Source of the DNA: a virus
Lineage: Duplodnaviria; Caudoviricetes
Length of the DNA stretch: 35,575 nucleotides
IMG/VR virus record: IMGVR_UViG_3300032274_000028
Coordinates: 1 to 35,575 of that record
Strand: one strand, 5' to 3'
Shown here: piece by piece, positions 18,767 through 25,773 of the stretch
How positions within the stretch are numbered: the first letter of the stretch is position 1
How the letters are laid out: every line of letters begins with the position of its first letter
Program-made: the position numbers and the translations under genes
The notes under the pieces: generated by a model
The model's input: the letters and a program-made list of their open reading frames with translations, nothing else
The model's database searches: none
Told to the model about the DNA's origin: nothing

Positions 18767-18842
18767 GGCACTGTAGCTCAGTAGGTAGAGCGCCCGATTG
18801 AAGATCGGGAAGTCGCTGGTTCGATTCCAGCCGTTGCCACCA
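18767..18842 (+). tRNA. tRNA-Phe (GAA)
   Basis: 76-nt cloverleaf: acceptor GGCACTG/CGTTGCC, D-stem GCTC/GAGC, anticodon CCCGA-TTGAAGA-TCGGG, T-arm GCTGG-TTCGATT-CCAGC, encoded CCA. Confidence 0.95.
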
Positions 18843-18843
18843 A

Positions 18844-19056
18844 CTACCCGACTAGCTTGGCTGCCACCTTCTTGCTCATCGCTGTGCTGCACTCGGCGCT
18901 ACGCTTCACGGCGATCGCAAGCCATAGCATCTTGTCAGCGCTGGGTGTGACGCGGTAGGCAGCGAGCGCGCCACGCACGCGGGGCTCTCCCTGCACTTGC
19001 TTGACGATGCCGGCAACGGTCCGGGCGGGCTTCTTGATGGGCTGACGGCGTGCCAT
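18844..19056 (-). CDS. small basic hypothetical protein (70 aa)
   Basis: RBS AGGAG; C-terminus similar to the upstream neighbour. Confidence 0.65.
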   Translation of the reverse strand: MARRQPIKKPARTVAGIVKQVQGEPRVRGALAAYRVTPSADKMLWLAIAVKRSAECSTAMSKKVAAKLVG

Positions 19057-19065
19057 GTGGTGCTC

Positions 19066-19242
19066 CTACCCGATGAGGTGTTTGGCTACAGCCTTGGCGG
19101 TGGCCTCTGAACACGAGGTGATTCGCTGGACCTCGAATGCGGCCCGCTCGGCGTCCTTACCCTCAACCGCCTTAGCGAGTCGCGGGTTTGCGCGTACAGT
19201 GGTGGCAAACGCTGGGATGTCTACAGATTCCTTGCTTGGCAT
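19066..19242 (-). CDS. small hypothetical protein (58 aa)
   Basis: RBS AGGAG, ATG at 19242, promoter-like motif 19265-19276. Confidence 0.65.
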   Translation of the reverse strand: MPSKESVDIPAFATTVRANPRLAKAVEGKDAERAAFEVQRITSCSEATAKAVAKHLIG

Positions 19243-19303
19243 GTCGGTCTCCTGTGTTGGAGGCAAGGTAACACGCCGGGTTATCCTGACGCACGGAGGC
19301 ACC

Positions 19304-20098
19304 ATGCCAACAAGCAGACCACCGAGCGGAGATGCAGGCGGAGCGGCGGGCGGGCAATACCCGTCCCCGTCGATGGGCAACCCGCCTGTGCAGGGGTTCA
19401 GCCGCTACGACGACTTCACCCGGCTAGGCTCTGCGGGGAACTACGGCGAGACCGGGCTAGCGCTGTCGCTCATCGGGGCCACGTCGCCCACGCTGGCGCT
19501 CCAGACGCCCACAACGAACCGCGAGAGCGGCATCCTACGCATCAGCACGGGCACAGTCACCGCGAACGAGGGCACGGCGCTGGGGTTGCCTGTCGCAGTC
19601 TACGGTGCGGGTCCTTCGATCGGCATGGTCTACATCTGCAAGGTGCGGGCCACGTCTACGTCTGCGATCGAGGTGTGGTCAGGCTTCGCGGGATCGGCTG
19701 CTCGTGTCCATGTGGCTAGCACGGTGGAGTTCATCGGGTTCCGCGCCCTAGGCGGCACCGGCACGCCGTGGCAAGGCGTGGTCAAGAACTCCGGCGGGGA
19801 AACGACCGTCGACATGTTCTCAAGCATCACCATCGGCACCGACTGGGTCACACTCGGCTTTCGCTACCTCGTGAAGCGCAGCCGGAACACTGCGCCCATC
19901 GCGTACGGCGTGCAGTTCTTCACGGTCGACGGCGACACGGACCTGAGCGCCATCGAGACGGACGTGGGCGACCTGGTGACGACGAGCCTACCGACGGGCG
20001 CGCTTCTGCACCTGCCGCTCGGGATTGTGACCACGGACGGCAGCGACAAGTCAGCAGAGATTGACTTCTACAGCGTGGGCGGGAAGAGCAGGCGCTAG
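19304..20098 (+). CDS. putative virion structural protein (lectin-like beta sandwich)
   Basis: Gly/Thr/Ser-rich; YDDF...GILRISTG pattern seen in phage structural proteins; GGAGG RBS. Confidence 0.6.
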   Translation: MPTSRPPSGDAGGAAGGQYPSPSMGNPPVQGFSRYDDFTRLGSAGNYGETGLALSLIGATSPTLALQTPTTNRESGILRISTGTVTANEGTALGLPVAVYGAGPSIGMVYICKVRATSTSAIEVWSGFAGSAARVHVASTVEFIGFRALGGTGTPWQGVVKNSGGETTVDMFSSITIGTDWVTLGFRYLVKRSRNTAPIAYGVQFFTVDGDTDLSAIETDVGDLVTTSLPTGALLHLPLGIVTTDGSDKSAEIDFYSVGGKSRR

Positions 20099-20787
20099 AC
20101 CCACTCCGCCGCGTGCTTGACGACGTCTTGCCAGCGGTAGACGAGCAGCGATGTTCGCTGTAGGAGCACGGCCGCGTAGCCGTATCCATAGCCAGACATG
20201 TGCTGACACAGCGGGTCACGGGGCTGCACCGCACAAAGCACCGTCCCGCTCTCCACGTCCCGCCAGACCAACATCGGCCGCTTGCCCACGCTCTCCGCCT
20301 GCCGCACAGCCTGCGCCCAGAAGCCCTCGGCCTTCGGCGTGCTCGCCAGCGGTCCGGGTACGGGGGACTTCCAGAGGTGGGCGAGTTTGAAGGCTGCGAC
20401 GTCCTTGCACTCGATGCAGAAGGGGAAGACGGGGCGCACGGTGGTGTGGCACATCATGCCGGTCACGCCGTACGAGTCGCGATCGTGGTCGCCCGTCTTG
20501 CCGCAGTGCTCGCACGGTGGGGGCTCCACCGTAAACTCGCCAGCACTCCGCCCGTCCTGCCCCTTCTGCCGGTCGGTCTGGTTCCGCGTCACCGTCCAGC
20601 CTTCGCCGAGAGCGGCGCGTAGGTCCTTCGCTATGCGGCGCTCGAACCGTCCACCGGCAGCACGAGGCTTTCGACCCTCAAGGGCTTTGGCGATGGCCGC
20701 CCGCTCTGCCGAAGAGTCTTCGTCTGGATGGACCCACTTGTACGCGTCCACCAGTTCCATGATCGCCTTGTTGCTACGCCTTCCCAT
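20095..20787 (-). CDS. PD-(D/E)XK Holliday junction resolvase-like nuclease
   Basis: GGRFERRIAKDL, IECK, WAQAVRQA...PMLVWR motifs. Confidence 0.75.
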   Translation of the reverse strand: MGRRSNKAIMELVDAYKWVHPDEDSSAERAAIAKALEGRKPRAAGGRFERRIAKDLRAALGEGWTVTRNQTDRQKGQDGRSAGEFTVEPPPCEHCGKTGDHDRDSYGVTGMMCHTTVRPVFPFCIECKDVAAFKLAHLWKSPVPGPLASTPKAEGFWAQAVRQAESVGKRPMLVWRDVESGTVLCAVQPRDPLCQHMSGYGYGYAAVLLQRTSLLVYRWQDVVKHAAEWV

Positions 20788-21509
20788 CACCTCACCCACA
20801 TGCGTAACGCGCGGTGTACGTCCCTTAGGACCTCGACATCTTGACGGCAGTACGCCGCCGCTTCCTCGTGCTTGCCTTGCAGCCACAGGCCATAGACCTT
20901 GCTGCCGTCCATGCCGTCGGTTTTGCGCTGGCAGCCGAAGAACCGAGCGCACTCATCGAGCGCGAATCCTGCGCCGTGGGTGCCCGCGCTGCCGCACATG
21001 AGCGCCGTGTCGTCCGCGCCACGAGCCCACCGGTCAGACGGCAGCGCCCGTGCAAGGCCGTGCATCCCGTACTTCATGGCTCGTAGGCGCAGTATGGGGA
21101 AGTCAAAGGTAGCGCCGAAGTGTGCAACGAAGGTGTGCGGCACCTCGTGCAGCGGTGCGCCTAGCCTCGCCTCTAGCGTCCGTTGAAAGGCGCCGACAAG
21201 TAGACCCTCTTCCTCGTCTACGCTGGCTGTCCTGTCCGGGTGGTAGCCGGTCCACATGGATTCGACGGGGTCGTCGTCGATGGCGTAGCTGATGACGTAG
21301 ACGCGGGCCTTCAGGCTGTGAATGGAGCCCTTGAGCCACGCCGCCTCGCGTGTCGCCATCTTCTCACCTACCCACTTCTCGATGGTCTCGGCCTTCTTGT
21401 AGGACTTCGGCACGCGGGCTCGGATGCTTGCCTCACTCTCCGCGCGCTCGGCGGGCGTCATGGCGAGGTCGGGCAACGTCTCGAGGTCGATGTAGATGTG
21501 GTGCATCAT
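20787..21509 (-). CDS. DEDD 3'-5' exonuclease (PolB-related family)
   Basis: ExoI IDLET, ExoII HFGATFDFPIL, ExoIII YCRQDV, MDGSKV. Confidence 0.88.
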   Translation of the reverse strand: MMHHIYIDLETLPDLAMTPAERAESEASIRARVPKSYKKAETIEKWVGEKMATREAAWLKGSIHSLKARVYVISYAIDDDPVESMWTGYHPDRTASVDEEEGLLVGAFQRTLEARLGAPLHEVPHTFVAHFGATFDFPILRLRAMKYGMHGLARALPSDRWARGADDTALMCGSAGTHGAGFALDECARFFGCQRKTDGMDGSKVYGLWLQGKHEEAAAYCRQDVEVLRDVHRALRMWVR

Positions 21510-21766
21510 TCCTCCCGATTGGCTGCGCGGTTGCGCTGCACGTCGATGTAGTCGCGGCGGGTTGCCGGCTTGCTTGGCTCCACCGGCCGTACGACGTCCG
21601 GGCCTGCCGTCCAGCCGGAACCCTCGGCGCGGTGGTCCAGTTCCAACTGCAACTCCTCGCACTTCCGAATCGCTGCCACCGCCACCTCACGAACGCCTTG
21701 CTTCTTGAGCAGCGGGTCGTTGAGGCGGGACCAGGCGCGGCGGGCGTATGGGGTCTTGAGGTTCAT
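21506..21766 (-). CDS. hypothetical protein (86 aa)
   Basis: ATGA-coupled within operon. Confidence 0.6.
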   Translation of the reverse strand: MNLKTPYARRAWSRLNDPLLKKQGVREVAVAAIRKCEELQLELDHRAEGSGWTAGPDVVRPVEPSKPATRRDYIDVQRNRAANREE

Positions 21767-22101
21767 GGCAGAACCACCCGCTGTCGGACGGCGCCGGAAA
21801 GAACGCGCCCGTCGCTTGTGCGGACAAGCCCGCTGACGCTGTCGCCGCCTTCCCAGTACAAGACAATCTCGGCAGCGCCAACACAGGCGCGCCCGATGAA
21901 CGACCGGAGTTCGTCCTCCATCCGGCCGCTACCCTCACCACACCAGTGGATTCGGTCCACCTTGTCCCCGTGGATGTACAGGCCCTCGAAACACTCCGGC
22001 CACGTGTCGGGAGGGTTGTCCTCGCTCCACCGCCGGAACCGGTCACCGTCGATTCGCAGTTCTCCGTGGACTACTTCGACGCTGTCGATATTGTAGCTCA
22101 T
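21763..22101 (-). CDS. hypothetical protein (112 aa)
   Basis: RBS AGGAGG; coupled to next gene. Confidence 0.7.
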   Translation of the reverse strand: MSYNIDSVEVVHGELRIDGDRFRRWSEDNPPDTWPECFEGLYIHGDKVDRIHWCGEGSGRMEDELRSFIGRACVGAAEIVLYWEGGDSVSGLVRTSDGRVLSGAVRQRVVLP

Positions 22102-22110
22102 CCTGCCCTC

Positions 22111-22752
22111 CTACTTGTTCCGCGCGGTCCAAGCCCGCACCTTGTCAGCATCGCCAACCACGGCCTTTGCAGCCTTGGCCCAGTTCTCGGCGGTCCACGA
22201 GTCGACGCGACCCCAACCGTTGTCCTCGCACCAGTCGCGGAAGTCGTCGTACTTCAGCCCGGCAGAGCCGATGGCAGCCATGAGGGCTTTCCACTCGGGC
22301 GCCTTGCCTGACTCCGGGTTCTTGCGCGGTGGTGCTTGCTTGCTCCCGTCGTTCTCCGGGTCGTCACCGGTCGGAATGGCGAAGGTCTGGCGCAGCGCGT
22401 ACTTGAAAGCGCCCGTCATGGCTTTGTACGGCGCTTTGTCCAGCGCATCCATGCCGGTCCCAGGCGCCTGAATGTCGACGTGTTCACCGCTCGAGTGCAT
22501 CAAGCGGTACGTCACGAGCACATCGGCGCGGTCTTCGTCCTTGCCCTTGGCATTCTTGCGGGTGCTGTCCGAGCGCTCCACCTTGATCGGGCACATGGCC
22601 AGACCGTTCGCGGCCATCGCGGGCTGCAAGGCGCGCAAGAGGTCTGCATCGCTGGCGTAGTTGTACCGGCTGAAGCTGTTGTAGCCGGTCTTCTGCACGT
22701 GCTGCACGGCCTCCATCACCTTGCACACGGCCTTTGTGAGTTCACCCTGCAT
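22111..22752 (-). CDS. erf: Erf-family ssDNA annealing protein
   Basis: K.G.N.F..YNYA, G.GMD..DKAPYKAMTGAFKYAL...F.IPTGDDPE. Confidence 0.92.
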   Translation of the reverse strand: MQGELTKAVCKVMEAVQHVQKTGYNSFSRYNYASDADLLRALQPAMAANGLAMCPIKVERSDSTRKNAKGKDEDRADVLVTYRLMHSSGEHVDIQAPGTGMDALDKAPYKAMTGAFKYALRQTFAIPTGDDPENDGSKQAPPRKNPESGKAPEWKALMAAIGSAGLKYDDFRDWCEDNGWGRVDSWTAENWAKAAKAVVGDADKVRAWTARNK

Positions 22753-23086
22753 CTGTCACCCCCAGCGCACTCCACGCAGCGGCCCGCACGTTCTCGGCCG
22801 ACTCGATGTGCACAACGGCCGTCACCTTCATGACGTCCGTCGGCGCGCTCAGGTGAACGCGGGACCCGTCGTTCTCCATTGCAACCACATTCGGCGACAC
22901 CCCAAGAGCGTCCAGCACCGGCTTAAACGAGTTGGCCGCGTAGAACGCCCTCGGAAGCCCGCCGTACACGGGCATATCGACGCTGATGGGAAGCCGCCCA
23001 GCCTTCTCGACAGCGTCGAGCGCCGCCCTAGCATCGCGGAGGTAGCACACGAGTCGCGCGGCTTCCGCTTCGGTTGATTCGCTCAT
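22742..23086 (-). CDS. hypothetical protein (114 aa)
   Basis: Operon-coupled ORF. Confidence 0.65.
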   Translation of the reverse strand: MSESTEAEAARLVCYLRDARAALDAVEKAGRLPISVDMPVYGGLPRAFYAANSFKPVLDALGVSPNVVAMENDGSRVHLSAPTDVMKVTAVVHIESAENVRAAAWSALGVTDAG

Positions 23087-23409
23087 GCGCTCATCCCCCG
23101 GTCACGGAGTTTCGCGCGGATGACGCCGCGCAGGTCTTCGCGGAGTTCCTTGTTGCTCATGATCTGCTTGACGTCGTGGCCCAGCTCGGTCGTGAGCGAC
23201 ACCACGATCTTGTCTGCGATGTGTTCCTCAACCTTGTCGACTGCGCGCGACAGAACGGCCTCCATGTCGACCCGGGCGTACAGGTTGCGCACAAGCGCCG
23301 CAGGGATTTGTACGCGGTCCTTGTAGTCGAATGAAAGCCAGTTCCCGCTGCTAATTTCCTTCAATACAGACGACTCAATCGCCTTTGTGATTCGCTCTGT
23401 GAAGTCCAT
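23083..23409 (-). CDS. hypothetical helical protein (108 aa)
   Basis: RBS AGGAG before ATG 23409; ATGA coupling downstream. Confidence 0.7.
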   Translation of the reverse strand: MDFTERITKAIESSVLKEISSGNWLSFDYKDRVQIPAALVRNLYARVDMEAVLSRAVDKVEEHIADKIVVSLTTELGHDVKQIMSNKELREDLRGVIRAKLRDRGMSA

Positions 23410-23492
23410 GACTCTCTCCTGTGATCGATCGAAGGGTGCGCCCGTCGGAAGGAAGTACCGGGGGACGGTGGACAGGCGCACGCTACGGCCGA

Positions 23493-23603
23493 CTAAAGGC
23501 CGACCAGACCGCCGGCCCAGTAGGCGGCGACCATGACGAAGACGAGGCAGGCTGCCCCGATAACGTCGTAGATGGGGCTGTTGTTGGTGTCGCGGCGGCT
23601 CAT
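23493..23603 (-). CDS. small membrane peptide (36 aa; not in ORF track)
   Basis: MSRRDTNNSPIYDVIGAACLVFVMVAAYWAGGLVGL; ATGA-coupled to the FtsK-gamma gene. Confidence 0.55.
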   Translation of the reverse strand: MSRRDTNNSPIYDVIGAACLVFVMVAAYWAGGLVGL

Positions 23604-23797
23604 CGCGTCACCAAACGAGGCCGAGCGCCATCGCCGGGCCCAACCAGCCCCCTTGCCTCAAGGGCAGCCATGACGGCCACCGCGGTGTGATAGCCGCACT
23701 TGAGGTGCCGCTGTAGATGAGAAACCGACACGGTTGTTAGGTTGGCTATCAGCAGTTCGGCCCGGTCAGCCTCGTCGGCAATGGTGAACCCCTGCAT
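23600..23797 (-). CDS. stand-alone FtsK gamma (winged-helix) domain protein
   Basis: SVSHLQRHLKCGYHTAVAVMAALEARGLVGPGDGARPRLV matches FtsK-gamma consensus S.S.LQR.L.IGY.RA..l...LE..G.VGP..G.kPR.V. Confidence 0.85.
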   Translation of the reverse strand: MQGFTIADEADRAELLIANLTTVSVSHLQRHLKCGYHTAVAVMAALEARGLVGPGDGARPRLVTR

Positions 23798-23837
23798 GTT
23801 CCCCCCAAGTGCGGCGGGTTGCCGCTTCGATGTTCAG

Positions 23838-23866
23838 AGTATATACTTGTGTACGTGAGCCGTCAA
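23838..23866 (-). promoter_or_regulatory. sigma70-type promoter of leftward early operon
   Basis: TTGACG-17 bp-TATACT on the minus strand. Confidence 0.8.
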
Positions 23867-23889
23867 CAAATATATCCAAAAGGTACACC

Positions 23890-24153
23890 ATGCTGCACGA
23901 CCTGCTGACCAAGCACCTCGCTACCGCCACCCTGCGCTCAGTCGCGGCCGACGTGGGCGTGTGCCACATGACGGTGAGCAACTGGGCGAAGGGCATTCGG
24001 AAGCCGAGCACGGCGCAGCTCGCACGGCTGGCGGACGTGATGGAACTCGACGCGGCTGAACGGCGCGCGGTGTTCGCGGAGGCTGCTGACGTGCAGCCTG
24101 GTGAACTGGCGAGGATGGTCGGCGCGCAACACGGCGCCGAGCCATCCGTCTAG
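23890..24153 (+). CDS. XRE-family HTH regulator
   Basis: TLRSVAADVGVCHMTVSNWAKGIRKPS. Confidence 0.85.
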   Translation: MLHDLLTKHLATATLRSVAADVGVCHMTVSNWAKGIRKPSTAQLARLADVMELDAAERRAVFAEAADVQPGELARMVGAQHGAEPSV

Positions 24154-24154
24154 C

Positions 24155-24538
24155 CTAGTTGTTCGCGGCGTTGTCGATGGCAGCCTTGATCGTCGCGATG
24201 TCCGCTGCGGTCAACGGCGTGTCGGCGTAGAACGAGGTTCCTTGCTTCTGCCAGCGGTATTCGCCGCCGGCCACGACCGAGATGCGGAACGCCTCCGCGC
24301 CTGCATCGTCGTGCACGATGACCTGCGACACGCTGCCGCCCACGAAGGGGTCCAGCTTGCCGAGGGCGTTCTTGACGTTGGACGGCTTGTCCCACCGAAG
24401 CGCAGGCTGTGAGGCGCCCGGCTTGTGGATGGAGAACGATGGAAGGACTGCGGGGGAGATCGGCGCGAACTCCAAGACCTCGTACTCGGTCCCGTTGGAC
24501 AGCGTGAACTTGACCTGCGTCGCGTTGGAAAGAGCCAT
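24155..24538 (-). CDS. hypothetical protein (127 aa)
   Basis: Strong RBS AAAGGAGG; clean codon usage. Confidence 0.75.
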   Translation of the reverse strand: MALSNATQVKFTLSNGTEYEVLEFAPISPAVLPSFSIHKPGASQPALRWDKPSNVKNALGKLDPFVGGSVSQVIVHDDAGAEAFRISVVAGGEYRWQKQGTSFYADTPLTAADIATIKAAIDNAANN

Positions 24539-24676
24539 GTTTGCCTCCTTTGGCGATACTGCTGTATCCCATACCGGGCGCGCGCGTCATTTCCTCGTAG
24601 TCCTCGCCGCAGACGCAGTTGATGCCCGTCTGGCGACAGCGCGAGCAGTATTCGGCGTACGGGTCGTCGTCGTAGG

Positions 24677-24844
24677 TCATGTGGCACGCTCCAGCGTCAC
24701 CTTGAGCGCTCCGGCTAGGTCGCGCTCTATCTCCGCGAAAGTCATGGGCCGCCTGTATGGCGGCGCCATCACGACGCACGGCACAGACAAAGGCCATCGC
24801 TTTTTCGACACCTCAAGCAGCGCCTTTGCAGTAAACGGCCTCAT
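24677..24844 (-). CDS. hypothetical protein (55 aa)
   Basis: ATGA-coupled both sides. Confidence 0.5.
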   Translation of the reverse strand: MRPFTAKALLEVSKKRWPLSVPCVVMAPPYRRPMTFAEIERDLAGALKVTLERAT

Positions 24845-25257
24845 GCCGCACGCTCCAGCCCGGCGAGCAGGCACAGGGCCCAGGCTTCGCCGCGGGGCAG
24901 GACGGGCGGGAGCGGGTCGAAATCCAGACGCCCAAGCCGCTCCGTGATGTACAGTCGAAAGTTGCCGGTAGGGCTGGCGCCAGCAGTGTCGTACGTCACC
25001 TCTTCCAGCCTCACACGGTATCCAAGGCCGTCCCAAACCTCCCGCGCCTGCTCCTCGATGCAGCCGATGGTCGCGGCGTCGGCGAGGTCGGGGACCTTCC
25101 CCGCGACGCGCAACCAGTCACAACCGTCGTCTTCCACCTCAATCCATGCCGCGTCTCCGTCGTCGGCATGGGCGATAAACGTTTGGCCCTTCGTCGACCG
25201 CATGCCACGCCGCCACCGAAGCCCCTTCGCCGCCGCTAGTCTCTTCGCTAGTTCCAT
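24841..25257 (-). CDS. phage hypothetical protein (138 aa)
   Basis: GGAGG RBS; LAKRLAA...WRRGM...PDLADAATIGCI motif. Confidence 0.7.
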   Translation of the reverse strand: MELAKRLAAAKGLRWRRGMRSTKGQTFIAHADDGDAAWIEVEDDGCDWLRVAGKVPDLADAATIGCIEEQAREVWDGLGYRVRLEEVTYDTAGASPTGNFRLYITERLGRLDFDPLPPVLPRGEAWALCLLAGLERAA

Positions 25258-25336
25258 GTGCCCTCCATTGTTGAAACGAGTGTAGCCGCTTTACACGTCA
25301 ACGCAAAGCGTGTATACCCTTTTCATCGGAGGCACC

Positions 25337-25588
25337 TTGGAACTACAACAGGCTCTCAACGCGTACCTTAAGCACAGTGGCGAGACACACGCCAGTCTCG
25401 GCGATCACATCGGCGTGTCACACCAGACCATCCGCAACTGGAAGCGGGGCAGAACCAAACCCGATAGCGGCCAACTGCTCGCGCTTTTGAACGCGGTGAG
25501 GGCTGATGCGACGCTGCGGCGGTCACTGTGGGCCGAACTGCTGGACGTCAAGACGTCGGACCTGCCGAGCGTGATGGGGCTGGAATGA
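25337..25588 (+). CDS. XRE/Cro-family HTH regulator
   Basis: THASLGDHIGVSHQTIRNWKRGRTKP; TTG start after GGAGG; first gene of replication operon. Confidence 0.85.
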   Translation: MELQQALNAYLKHSGETHASLGDHIGVSHQTIRNWKRGRTKPDSGQLLALLNAVRADATLRRSLWAELLDVKTSDLPSVMGLE

Positions 25589-25773
25589 CCCTCTCCCAAC
25601 AGCTCCGAGACAGGGGCTACACGCACCGCCGCGCTGCCGGCATCCAGGTGCAGACCGAAGTGCTCAAGGGCAATGCGGTGGTCTTCTGCGGTCGTGCGGA
25701 GGCCATCCCGGAGTGGCTGGGCATCGTGCCGCCGCGACAGCCAAGCCTGTTCCCGCAGCGGGTGACCGAGTGA
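25585..25773 (+). CDS. hypothetical protein (62 aa)
   Basis: ATGA/GTGA coupling. Confidence 0.6.
   Translation: MTLSQQLRDRGYTHRRAAGIQVQTEVLKGNAVVFCGRAEAIPEWLGIVPPRQPSLFPQRVTE

Noticed and set aside
18820-18842. tRNA 3' end as attP
   Set aside because: No integrase in the window and the tRNA is full length
20095-20098. Convergent stops overlapping in CTAG (also 1982-1985) as a recoding signal
   Set aside because: Explained by compact packing; TAG behaves as a normal stop and there is no suppressor tRNA
23800-23890. dif-like Xer site near the FtsK-gamma gene
   Set aside because: No XerD arm resembling TTATGTTAAAT found here or noticed elsewhere
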